Of a stretch of DNA of 64,000 bases, positions 28,818-40,764 are shown in pieces. Under the pieces are notes generated by a model. The model was not told the origin of the DNA. It saw only the letters and a program-made list of their open reading frames with translations, and searched no databases. The DNA is from Kondoa subrosea (lineage: Eukaryota): NCBI GenBank assembly GCA_039545335.1, contig BCIN01000001.1, forward strand, positions 1,534,604 through 1,598,603, given 5' to 3'. Within the stretch, counting starts at the first letter, position 1. Every line of letters begins with the position of its first letter. Made by a program: the position numbers and the translations under genes.

Positions 28818-30169
28818 ATGATGTCAATCATGTACAACTCGCTTGATGAAATCAAGATCAATAACCCTAATGAGCCGGTCACTTCTCCCTCTTACTTCGC
28901 TCAATATCTCGCTGGTCAACTCGTCTCTGTATTTTTGGCTGGTGTCGTGATCTGTCAATGCTCTATTTATCTACTATTCCGGACAAAAGATCGCAAACTG
29001 TTCAGAACAGTCATTGCAGTTGCTTTGGCATTACAATTGCTCCACACTGGATTTACTGTGACTGATAGCGTTTACACCTGTCAGTACTCAAGATACAGAG
29101 GAATTCTACGTTCGAAAAAAGCTAAAATCGTACATTTATGATTTAGTTGGATTTGGCTTCGCGAATTACGACAGAGCCAACAATTATAGTTTCGCCTATT
29201 GTGCTGGAGAAATAGTCGCTGGACTCATCGCTGGAACCATTCAATCTTTTTATGCTTATCGATGCTGGTACGTAACGAGTCAAGCAGTGGACAAAATCTT
29301 AAACCCTAGCTTATCGTCAATTTGACATTAGGCGAATGCTCAACAACCAACACTGGATAGCAGTTATCTTTACACTCCTCATTATTTGGGTAGTTCTGTC
29401 CTGGTAAGCTATTATTTCCACCGGTGTACGGACAACGCTAATTACATATGTAAAGGGTATGGGCAGGTATTGGAACGCTCTTGGATCAGTCCTTCGTCAC
29501 CGGCTTCATTGGCTCGTGCACTCTGGCGTATATGGCTTCAGCTGTGACCGATGTATTGCTTTCCGGTGTAATGCTGTATGCGCTTAGAAGATGTGGACAT
29601 GCTTCTTTGAGGGACGGAGTTGGAAAGAAGCTGAAGAAGCTGGCTTTGCTTACAGTGTGAGTGTATCCCCTCGTTGTGTCAGATATCAGGCTCATAATAC
29701 GGGAACAGCACGACTAATTCGTATGCTTTTTAACCCACCTTTCATTATTTGAGAGTCTGACCTTCGATCGCAGTGTTACTGCTATTCTCTGCTTATTTCA
29801 GCTGAGCAATGTATACACTGGACTAGGAGCAAGTGAGTCTCCACATCAGCTCACCCTGATTCTAGCTGAAAAAATGGTTCAGTCAATGTCCTGGACCCCG
29901 TTATTCCCTGTTCCTACATTATTTGCCTGTGCTCGTGGCTACTGGTCCGCGAACGCACAAAATCGATGATCCAGCAGGAGGAGGTTCGATTTGAAGCAGA
30001 TCCGCATCACATCAAAGCAAGCACGCAACGACCTGTCATGCTATCTAGGCTTTCGATTAAATTTCCGGAAGATTTGGACGAAGAAGAAGACGAAACAGAA
30101 GGGGACAGCCACAAGAACACTAGGGAAAGGCAGTTGTCTCGATCATATGAGAAGTATGCGTATGCATAA
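28818..30169 (+). CDS. Multi-TM fungal membrane protein (DUF6534-like), multi-exon
   Basis: Hydrophobic exons LAGVVICQCSIY…DRKLFRTVI, TIQSFYAYRCW and AVTDVLLS, with a polar C-tail. Confidence 0.7.
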
Positions 30170-30540
30170 ATGTACAATGTAAAATACAAGTTTTGGGTGT
30201 AATCCTGTTGGTCCATTGTGATCTTGTGTACCTCTATGCCTTTTTGGCAGCTTCTTACAAGTCACTGGCGTTTCTCTTGATGAACCTACTCCTGATTTTC
30301 ATCCCGGAAGGCTGGAAACAACTTAACCACAGACCAGCAAGGTCAAGCCAGTGAAAGGACGTACTGACTTCTCAGCTTCCGAAGGCTGATTAGATATTTC
30401 CTATCACTTTATGACAGCTCTTTATGGTATAGTCGCATCTTGCTATAACGTTCATCTTGAAGTCCTCTCAAACTGGCATCAGATCCGACAAGCTATTCAA
30501 ATGTCTCAGACGAAAGCTGGTCTGACCCTACTTTGAACGC

Positions 30541-31986
30541 TCACAATGTCTTTAATCGCTCCCATCTCTCCTTTAGCCTGTCACCCAATCCAACCTTGAA
30601 ACACATCATCATAATCAACAAGCAAGGTAAATGAACCACGCTAGCCCAGAAAGCCCATTTCGCTTCCTTGTTCCTACTTTGCTGTTGTTTCGCTTGTTCT
30701 TCAATGGTTCCTCTTTTATTGACTACATCTGCTGTTGATGCCCAGAATCGGTAGGAAGTCCAAACGAGTGCTGCATTGGGTATAGCACTGAAGAAAGTGA
30801 ACCATTGACTTGTTAATCCAAGAGCTGGGAATGCCGCGCATATTGGAAAGAAAGTTAGGGAATAGCGTAATCCAACTCGAGCGTTCAATAATGGGTTCGT
30901 AACGGACATCATCCTATATCCTGCTCGAGCATATTCTCTTCGAAGTGTATGAGCCAAAGGGTTGAAATGAGGAAATTGCCATGCGAAGAGTAGAGCGAAT
31001 AGAGCCCATGCGCCTGGTTGAGTGATTGGATCTATTGATCCTGTACATGCTGCCCAACCCATCATTGGCGGAATTGCACCAACCACAGCTCCGACCCATG
31101 TGTTGACTATATGTATTCGCTTGAGAGGAGTGTAGATGAAAGAGTAAAGAATGATGTTGGCCAATCCAAGAGACGCTGTTAAAGGATTGACCAAGGTCCA
31201 GAGTATACCTACTCCGGCCACACCACTTATTGCTGCGAAGCCAAAAGCGTGAAGAGGTGTAAGCAAACGACGAACCAGAACTCGATTGCGAGTTCGAAGC
31301 ATTTGAGCGTCGTATGGTACTTCTGACATTTGATTGAAAGTATTTGCTGAACATATACATAACAGAGTACCAACAGTCGTAGATAAGAGAGTAGGGAGAG
31401 TAAGAGAGTAGACAGAAGTGGCTGTCGAGGGAGTCGAATTCAATGCCAGATCTGTTAGATCGACTCCACCAGGTAAAGAGGCGACGAAAGCTTGTAACGC
31501 ATTGCAGCTGAGCGCAGGATCCACTGGACATATTGCATAGCCAGCCATAGTAGTCAGAACCACTAAAGCTGCCAGCTTCGCCTTCGATAGAGCCATATAC
31601 ATCTTGAGCAGTTCTCTAGCTGTATGGGTCCGTGAGATCGGTCTCCAACCATCCGCTATCAATTCCTCTGTTGTCCTCTGTTCTGCTGCCTTCCTCAATG
31701 TCGCTTGCTGCTCTACAGGTTCGATCACACTTTCCACTATCTCTGCTTTCTGAGCCTCTTCTACATCAGGTAAGAATTGCTGTGTTCTCTTCCTGAATCT
31801 TGCAGCCAACGGTGCAGAGAAGAAGGTGTCCCATTGTGTTGCAGGCAAAGATTTTGATGAGTACGCGGAAGCTGCAAAAGTTGCTGCAGTTGCAGTGTTA
31901 CGGGATATCAGCCTGCGCGGTATCTTTCTAGGGGTTATCGATCGCAGCAAAGCAGTGTTGCAAAGCGAACATCGCGCTGTTGGCAT
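30541..31986 (-). CDS. COX10: Protoheme IX farnesyltransferase (heme O synthase), mitochondrial
   Basis: Arg-rich presequence, LSKAKL, SANTFNQ-E-YDAQMLRTRNR, YTPLKR, NTWVGAVVGAIPPMMGW and WQFPHFN. Intronless. Confidence 0.96.
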   Translation of the reverse strand: MPTARCSLCNTALLRSITPRKIPRRLISRNTATAATFAASAYSSKSLPATQWDTFFSAPLAARFRKRTQQFLPDVEEAQKAEIVESVIEPVEQQATLRKAAEQRTTEELIADGWRPISRTHTARELLKMYMALSKAKLAALVVLTTMAGYAICPVDPALSCNALQAFVASLPGGVDLTDLALNSTPSTATSVYSLTLPTLLSTTVGTLLCICSANTFNQMSEVPYDAQMLRTRNRVLVRRLLTPLHAFGFAAISGVAGVGILWTLVNPLTASLGLANIILYSFIYTPLKRIHIVNTWVGAVVGAIPPMMGWAACTGSIDPITQPGAWALFALLFAWQFPHFNPLAHTLRREYARAGYRMMSVTNPLLNARVGLRYSLTFFPICAAFPALGLTSQWFTFFSAIPNAALVWTSYRFWASTADVVNKRGTIEEQAKQQQSRNKEAKWAFWASVVHLPCLLIMMMCFKVGLGDRLKERWERLKTL

Positions 31987-32136
31987 TTGCGTTGGTTCGC
32001 GGAAAAGCAGTCAATTTGGTCAATAGGTTACAGTTGCATGCTCTGGAGCAAACAATCTGCTGTACTACTTCACTTAGACGAATTCATTTCGATTGCTTAT
32101 TCATTTCGTGTACTCAATGCCCGTTTAATTGGGTCC

Positions 32137-33538
32137 TCACAATTTCCTGTCATGCATGAAGCCCAGCAATCAGCACAAAGTCAGATCCCGAGTCTTGCTG
32201 CACTGACAACCTACGCTTGAGACTTGGTGTATCGGTCAGAAGCCTCAGAGAACTGTATCTAACATCAGCAAAATTCAAGAACAAGTTTTGGTAAAACATA
32301 CGTTGATGACACTCCAGATGGCCTTCAAGTAATCAGCCTTGACGTTCCTTCGCGATTATGTCAGCGACAGGGACCAAATACTAGCGACAAGCTTACTTGT
32401 ACTGAACAAAAAAGACTTTTGTCAGATTATTGACAAATACAAGAGAACGAGACACACCTGCAAGTAGAAGGCGTGCTCCCAGATGTCAACACCGATGATA
32501 GGCTTGCCAGCTGTAAGACCCAGCTTAGCAAAGTCCATACAAAATCGTTTGAAGTGAAACTCACAAGTAACTGGATCCTGGTCCTTAGTAGTTTCTATTG
32601 AAAGCTTTCCGCCCTTCGAAACAACCCAGCCCCAGCCTAGTAGGACACTTAGCCAAAGGCCGAATGTTTGTATGCAAAGTTCCAACCTGAACCCTGGATT
32701 CCAGCAGTAGCAGCATTGAACTTGGTCTACGAATTTTTGCTTAGCCTTCATCCCTTCGGAGATCGCAGAATCGAGCTCACCTTCATCTCATCGAGAGAAC
32801 CAAAGTCGCGGTTGATGGCATCGCTGTGCAAAGAATCAGTGCGGTACAAACACACCCTAAAGTGAAACCTACGCCAAAGCACCAGGTTGAAGCTTGGTCT
32901 CGTTGGATCCAGTAGGAGCCAAGTTCTTCCAGAAGAGGGAGTGGTTGCTGATGAAGAACGAGTTCAGGACTGTGCAAAAGAATGTCTTCACAAACGGAAC
33001 TTACATGTGTCCTATTAGCGAGACATTCGTATTAGCTTGTATTAAGACGTGCAACGGACAACGAACCTCCTCCGTGGAACTTAAGAGCTTGCTGAAGTTC
33101 AATCTTCTTTGCGACATCACCGCTTGATTCAGCAGCAGCATAAGCCTCTTCAGCGGCGTTCAAACCATTGACATAGCTACAACCAAGAATGAGTGTTTGT
33201 ACCCAGCGTATTGACGAGCAGCCTACACTTGGTGATGCTTGTCGTGGTGAAGCTCCATGATCTCTTTGCAGATCGCTGCATGTCAAAGCATAAGAAATAA
33301 GTAAGGTCAACGTAAGCTCGACCAACCTGGCTCAAGAGCCTGTACTAGAGCATCAGCATAGCTCTGTTATGACAGCACATGCCAGCGACCTACATCGTAT
33401 GCGTAAGGAAGATCTGGAAGTGTGTCTGTTCATTTGAGTCAGCATGAATTCAGCGCGACGAGATCCTGTTGGCCGTACGTTTGCCTGAGAAGCAATCAGC
33501 CAGATATCACTCTGTTCTGCAAGCAGACACTTACCCAT
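32137..33538 (-). CDS. Mn-type (Fe/Mn family) superoxide dismutase without mitochondrial presequence; predicted C-terminal PTS1 (AKL); 16 exons
   Basis: Spliced translation [18 protein letters not shown]…ELHHDKHHQ…KFHGGGHINHSLFW…IQGSGWGW…[15 protein letters not shown]…[10 protein letters not shown]. Confidence 0.92.
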
Positions 33539-33732
33539 GATGAATCTATGTCGGTGCTATGAGAGAAGGCCGCAAGATCTTATGTCATGCAAGCACCGGT
33601 CAAGTCGCGGAAATCAAGAGGGTCTGCAAGTCGCTTTCTATGCTGCCTTTCGATGCATACGCTCGTTCTTGTGTTGCGTATATGACTCCGATAGCTTCTT
33701 CAAGCTCGAAGCTTGCGAATCAAGTCTTCCAC

Positions 33733-35082
33733 TCATAGCTTGTTCAATCCATCAGCACTAGCTCCATCTGATCCTTTGTTTGCTCCTCCTCCACCAAAGA
33801 ACTTCTCCTTCACAGCAGCTTGTCTTTTCTCGGCTTCACTTCTAACATGCTTCGTATGTCTTTGCAAACCTTTGAGATGATCTTCAACTCTACTCCTTTT
33901 CAATTCGACTTTAGGTTTGATAGTCAATTCAGGCATGAAAGGTTCTTCAGGGACGGTTTGAGTGTCGACAGATGCTTGAGCTGCTTCTTTGACTTCTTGC
34001 GAGACAGAGAAGTTGGAAGGTAAAGTGAGTTGCAGTTGATGATAGCTGGTATTCTGCAAAGGACCAAGGAAGTCGTTTGGGCACCTATGGCAGTAAATAA
34101 AGCAAACGCGTTAGCGAAAAAGTCAAGGTATGCCAATGAAGAAGCTCTTAACATACTCTGGGTCCAGCTGACACAGAGCTGACGTGAATTCGGTGATGCA
34201 GATACCGTGGGAAGTGCAGACAAGGTGCACGTCTTGATCAGTAGAGAGAAGTAACCCTGCAAGAAGTACGTGAGCGAGGAAAGGACGCGCGAACCTGTTC
34301 ACTTTCAAGGTTTTACAACAGCTTGGATGAATTTGCTGACTCCTGAGAAAACAAGCATAAGCACCGAGAAATTACTAGATGGAATGCTCACTTCTCCCAA
34401 CATCATTCAAGGTCTCTCCATTTGGGAAAGTCTTGTCGCGCTTCAGCAGAAGGTGAGCACACACTTATATGACAGTATTCGGTACGTACTTGCGTCAATA
34501 TGGATGGATCAGCATAAATCCCTTCATCCCAAGCTCCGCCTTCCGCATCACCGAAATACTGTTCCCGTAATAACTGTGTCGTGACGGGTTTCTTCAGGCC
34601 TGAAGTGTATTCTCGTAGCACAGGGGCTGAAGCAGCTTCGTTACCATCAGATATTGTATCTTCTTCTGCACTTTCTAGATCTTGACCATTGTAGTTGTAG
34701 ATTTGCTCTGCCATCAAACATTGCCGATCAAAACAAAGCTATGAAGCCGGTCGAAGTCGCGACGTACGACCAGTCCAGTGTGCACGAAGTAGATCTGACG
34801 AGCTGGAAGGGCACATGTCACTCAGCTCTTCTTTTGTGTTGGAGCCGGTTTTGAGCTCACTAAAGTGCGGTAATCTTCTCGTCCTTGAGAGCAAAACCTA
34901 CTCTCTTGGCTTGATTCATGCCATGATTCGAGAGATTTGCGTTCTTCCATCCAGCCCAAGTAGCTGGATGAGAACCCAAAGAATCAGCACGGTGTTACTG
35001 TTGAAGTGCCCGAGTGCAAGCAAACACCTAGAAGATTGTCTGTGCTTTCTCCATGCCGAACAAGTGATAATAACAGAGGCAT
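33733..35082 (-). CDS. Histidine phosphatase (phosphoglycerate mutase-like) protein
   Basis: LVRHGESTDN, LSNHGMNQAKRV, SSDLLRA, LREQYFGDAEG and TSHG. Confidence 0.88.
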
Positions 35083-35429
35083 CTGAATATGGGAGACAGC
35101 AGATCTGGGGGGACTATTGACAGATTAATGACGAGACTAGGAATACGGAGGACGGCGCAGGCCCCTGACAGGCAAGCAATACACACTACAAGTGGACAAG
35201 AGGCAAAGCCACAAGCGATAGACACGGTCGAATGCCAAACAATGACTCGGCTCAAAATCGAGCTGCTGCAAAGATGCAACTCGACTAGGACAGATCACGA
35301 CGAGAAGAGAAGGATTGCTATAAAATATATTTTCATTTGTTCCGATCGCGTACACTTTTAAGAACCCATAACCGAATTAGCTTCCAGACAGTGTCCGCAT
35401 CTTTTCTCCCTATGAACCCGAGCCGTTGC

Positions 35430-38100
35430 TTAAGCATTGGCCTTGCATCCGAAGGCAGTACTGAAAAGAGAGCAGATGCGTGAGCAAAAGTTTAGGATAA
35501 GCAAGGTATTGAACATACCCTTGACCGACTTCGAAGGCAGTCTTGATGGATTCACCAGTACCATACATACCAAGACCTCCGCAAGCGATGCAAGCAAGAG
35601 TAAGTAAAGCGAGGAAGAGTTTGATCAGGAATTGGATGGAGCTGCTGCGACCATAACGAGTGAGGCTAGCTGGGAGTTCGCTTTCGCCTTCTTCCTCTCT
35701 GGAGTAGGTACCGAAAATGGCTCGCTTCCATCTGGATCCACTAGACCAAGAATCATTTGCGCGGTATTCTGTGCCGTAACCACTGTAGGCGACATCGCCT
35801 TCAGAACCGTGGACTTTGAGCTTGTACATGAGAAGAAGAAGAGGTGGGAAAGTGTAGGAGAATTGGAAGATGCAAACAGCTCCGATGACTGCAAAAGCGC
35901 GAGTGAGCTAATGCAATGACGACCCAGAAATATTTACTTACGACCGGTCATAGCACCAAGAGCTGGAATAGAGTTGGCAATAACGAATGCGATAGCCCAG
36001 TAAGCTGGAATCATGCAGGTCCAAAGAATGCGTCCCTTGCGCGAGTTGATTTGTGGACCCTTGAACATATCTTGGACGACGTTGACATAGATGACCTTGA
36101 CACCAATATTTCCATACAAGCAAGCAGCACTGCACCGAGCGTCAGCGATCGTTTGTGATACTAGTGGTAGACATACATCATACCGCTGACCATGTTCAGA
36201 ACGTTACACAATGTTTGACCCCAGTAAGGTGAAAGACCTTGGAAAGCGTTGGCTTGAGTCTGTGAAAGCACTTAGAACAGCATACATCAAGCGAGCTTTT
36301 GACTCACGTATTGACCAGCGAACGAATAGAAGAACACTGGCAATCAAAAGCATAGACATTAGCAAACGTTATCGCATTTGAAAAGGCTGAGGAGGCAAAC
36401 CTCCGTAAAACAGGTAGCAAACCATGATAAGTGAGTCAGCGCAGACCAGACCTAATAGTAGAAGTCAGCATAACGTATTTGGAGACGAAATGCGTCACTA
36501 ACCCTTCCAGAAATCTTGTGGCTGAAAGGTATTGTCAGAAAAAAGAAGCGTGCTAGCACACTGCGACTTACTCTACGCATTTCAGAGATCATCTCAGGGA
36601 AGATCATAGCACCTCCGTAGGCTAAAGAATAAAATGAGCCCAAGATTCAGGTAAAATGCTTCCAAACGCACCGAAAACCAAGTTGAACATTCCGTTGATC
36701 TACAACGAGAAAGCATGTCAGCCATAAAGGTCAACTCGTGGAGAAAGGTTATTCACCTGAGCCTCCAAGTTACCAGAAGCAAAGGCTTCAACAACAACAG
36801 GTCCGTAGCCAAGAGTGTTGTCTGCAGCGTTGGCTACAGCCTTGTTTGGAGGACTGTGAGCAATGACAGCCATGGAGATGATGATAATAGCGATGTTGAT
36901 GAAGACAGCCGATTGAGCGATCAAGGAGAAGTTACGAAGGGATCTGATTTGACCAACCTGTCAGAATCAGAAATGTCAGATCGATCTCCCGGGCAGCACA
37001 AGCAGGATGTGGAACTCACGATCATACCAATGATAGCCCAAATGACGACAGCAACGGAGAAGCATGGGTGGTTGTGAGCGACTTGGTAGAGAGATTGACC
37101 GGAAGAGAGACAGATCAGACCGACATTGACGACCAATTGTATACTTTGAAGAATGGCGCAAACGTATTTGAAAATGGGGCCTAGAATCCTCGTCAAAAAT
37201 AAATTCCTCGATGAGAAAGAAAAGAACACACCTCCCAAACGATAAGCGATATCACCAAATGTGCGGACTGGATAACGATCACTGTCCAGTTTGCAGTACA
37301 GGTGACCAAGAATGAAACCAGTAAATCTGATCGAACACGAAGTCAGTCAATTTCAAATCGATCTCATTACTACTCACGAAGCGATAAAGCCGAAGAAGAC
37401 ATAGCAGCAGATACCAGGCACCAGACCCATGTTTGCGACTGAAGGATTTGGGTCAGATCGAGCATGAACCAGGCGAAAACTTCACTCACTAGCATATGGC
37501 GCATTGAAAGGACCTAGGATATCGGTAGTGATAAGCTGTCGGGAACGCAAGATTAGAAATAGGATGATCTGACAATTAGCGTTTACTTACGAAAAACATC
37601 ATAGACCAAGAAGCGACTCTCAATTGTCTGCGCATATTGGCAGCTGCCCTTTCTTCTTCACTCATACCACGAAGCTGATCGATACCGACAGCAGATTCGG
37701 TAACAGTGACACCGTGATTCTTCTCTCCGTCGTGAGACTTCTTTTCCAATTGCGCTTCTTCATGGCTAGGTGTTTCCAAAGGTGGTACATGACCTCCCTT
37801 CTTGAGGAAAGCCAAAGGCGAGCGACGAGTAACTATTTCGAGGGAAAGGAAACAAAGTCAGTGGGCAAGATCTAATCTTGGAAATGTAGTGTAGAACATA
37901 CTGAGAGTGCCTTCACTGTTCTCACCATTGCCCGAGACTCCTTCTACTTCTTGAGCTCTCTTGACTCTTGCCCAGTATCTGTACTCTGATAACGTGGGTT
38001 TCTTGTTGTAGACATCAGAGTGTTGAATGGGAGCCTCCGACAATGGCTCTGCATCGGTAGGATCAGAGCCCGCTAAGTTTGCAATGCCAACGAAAGCCAT
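35430..38100 (-). CDS. Amino acid/auxin permease family transporter (Mtr-like neutral amino acid permease)
   Basis: ASWSMMFF-LITTDILGPFNAP, LDSDRYPVRTFGD, YGGAMIFPEMISEMRR, LYGNIGVKV and many TM exons. Confidence 0.88.
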
Positions 38101-38723
38101 TGGACTAGAAGATAAGAGATGAGAGGTGGTATGGGAAGAGAGAGAGAGGAAAGAGTAGCCCCGCAGGATACAATCGAAGCTACACAAGGTAGGGTGCTTT
38201 TTATAGAGAGTTTGCTATTTAGATGACCTCGCGATCACTTCGGACCTGAGAAAGTGGATCAGCCGCGCCGAGAATGATTCAGGACACATGACTCTCGATA
38301 AGGAAGGCATCCCTTTTCACGTGAGGCAAGATAGCAGCGGTAGATTAATATAGCAGAAAAGATAGAGAGCTGGAGTATACACAGATAGGACAAGGCACTA
38401 CGCTGGGCCGGCCAGACGGACGAGCAACAACAGTCACAGAACCAAATACCAGACTGGAAGGAAAACGGCTCTTGGTTGTCGCTTGCAGGAGCAGCCTGAA
38501 GTTTCAAGATCCATCTCTGAGTAGCAAGCGATGAAGCAAACCTGTGTAGCAGCCAGAGCCCGAGCAGAATCGCCGTTTTGGTGCACCCTTAGACATATCA
38601 GAAGCAATTTTGCACAGATACTACGAAGACTGAGCTCGGTCCAGCATCGTACCTGCCATGAAATAGAGCTACTTGATAGCACCAGATTCATTCAGAGATC
38701 CTCTCACACTTTGTCCAGGCCTG

Positions 38724-38760
38724 TTCTCGAAATCTCTCGAAATCTCTCGAAACCTCTGAA
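38724..38760 (+). promoter_or_regulatory. Putative heat-shock element (TTCnnGAA plus GAA units at 10-bp spacing)
   Basis: TTCTCGAAATCTCTCGAAATCTCTCGAAACCTCTGAA, 60-95 bp upstream of the AN1 gene ATG. Confidence 0.55.
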
Positions 38761-38819
38761 GTCGCAAGCTCCAGCCAATCTAGCTTGCGGCGCCTGTTCC
38801 TGCTCTTCCTTCGCTCACA

Positions 38820-39961
38820 ATGGCTTCTCTCCCTTCCTCTCGTTCGCTACCAGCCATGGAAATGATGGATTTAGGCGCTCATTGCTCGGCCAAAGATTGC
38901 AATCAACTTGACTGTTAGCAAATGCGTTCTTCTTGCTATCCTTCGCTCATTCCATGATCTAGTCCTACCATTCAAATGCCCTTGCTGCTTCTCCTTATTC
39001 TGTGCGAACCATTTCAGACCTCAAGAAGGCCATCAGTGTCCGAAATATGATCCTTCAAAGATGGATAATCGGATACCAGCGTGTCCTCTTTGTAAGAAGG
39101 GCATCGATATCCCTGCTGGACAGGACCCGAATATTCCAATGGATCGACATTGTAAGCTTATCCGTTTGCAAACAAATCACAACCGAACAACTCTCTTGAC
39201 AGTAACAACTTCATGCCCCGTCCTCTCACCGAATGGGCTTGCGAGAAAGAAAATTAAACCAGCCAACTGTTGCAAAGCTTCGAGATGTCGAACCAAGATG
39301 ATCCAGCCAATCAAATGTGACAAATGCAAGCAAAACTTCTGCCCTCAGCATCGATTCCCAAGCGATCACGCCTGTCCTTCCACTCTTCCTTCAGCGACTA
39401 AACTGCCCCCTCAGTCTACATCAGCTACTTCTTTCACATCGAATGCTGGTCTAGCAGCTATTAGAAGAGTTCGAGCCAAAGCAACAGCAGCCATGACTTC
39501 TTCTTCCACTTCTACTGCACCTAAGTCGAAAGTTGTAATTGAGTTATCCGATTCATCCTCAGAAGACGAGGTCATCGTTTCCAAACCTCTCTTACCTAAA
39601 TCTACTGCTACGACTTCAAAAACGAAAGGCAAAGCGAAAGATGATGGTGATTCGGATATTGAATTCATTTCTACAACTGTACCGGACAAGAAGGTATCGA
39701 AACCAAAGATGGCTATTCGATTGAGTGCGGAAGAAAGAGCGAAAGCGAAAAGGATCAAAGCGGAAAGACAGAGTGCTTTGAAAGCTTTGCATGTCAGAGC
39801 TCAGAAGGGGTGAGTTCTACTTTGTTTCATTTGTTGCGGGGTGGCCTGATGAGAAAACCTATAGAATATTGAGTGAGAAGGAGAAGTTGGATTATGCGAC
39901 ATTGAGAGCCGCGGAAGCGAGAGATGGGAACAGTGAGAGTGATGGGTGTAGTATTGCATAG
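38820..39961 (+). CDS. AN1-type zinc finger protein (Cuz1/ZFAND2-like) with C-terminal CaaX
   Basis: DLGAHC…CNQLD-LPFKCPCC…FCANH, CPLCKK…DPNIPMDRH and a second AN1 finger CDKCKQNFCPQHRFPSDHAC. Last exon ends DGCSIA*. Confidence 0.9.
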
Positions 39962-40079
39962 TAACACAATAAGGATTATACCCCTTATAAAGTTGCATTC
40001 ACAAACTTGCAAAGTATCTCGCTGGACTTCTGCAGCACAGATGGCATCATCAATCTAATCAAGTCGAGTGGGCAACATC

Positions 40080-40760
40080 GACAATACAGCAGAGAACGTA
40101 TTTGTCTAGCAACAGACCTGCCGCCGGAGAAGAGCAGGAGCAAGCAATCAAAAGCCAATGACAAGCGAAGCGAGTCGATTGATGGTACTCTCGAGAAGGT
40201 TGATTGTTAGACTGGGCACTGTGAAGCAGGCAACCAAGTCTCGCCCTGTTCGATTCAATCTAGTCTTGAGCAGGTCTCCAGCAATCAGGAGCTGCCATCA
40301 GATAACTCTATACCCCTCTGCACGGAAATGCAGAAGACTAGGAAGAGCATAAGATATTAGAATCAAAGGAGGCCGTTGGAATTGAAGACTTTCTGAGCTG
40401 AAACGATTTGAAAGCTTGAGTGATATTGAGGTAGTTGATTTAGTCGCAAAAAGTCGAAAGTTGAGTCTTCGACTTGGGCACTGTGTTTCCAGCATGCAAC
40501 CTAAGCCCCGCCCTGGTCTGATTGCCCTAGTTATCAGCAAACATCCATCAATCAGGAGTTGCTTTCTAAACTTCTCGCTTCTGGGCACCGAAATGCTTCC
40601 AAGCGAAAAGAGCAGGAGGAATGCAATCAAAGGAAGGCTGTCGGACCGAATATTTGTAAGCTGGAACAATTTGGAGGCTGAAGTCGCGGTGAAACCAGAG
40701 CGAAGCTTGGAAGCCGAGCTGAAGAGTCAATGAGATAATACGAAATGACTAGTGTGTCGA
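40080..40760. repeat. Diverged tandem copies (~260-310 bp unit) of the element at 40765-41124
   Basis: Anchor TGGGCACTGT at 40213, 40475 and 40781. Collinear motifs CTAGT…AGCA, GGAG(C/T)TGC, GCAC(C/G)GAA and AGCTG(G/A)AAC recur in each unit. Confidence 0.75.
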
Positions 40761-40764
40761 AAAA

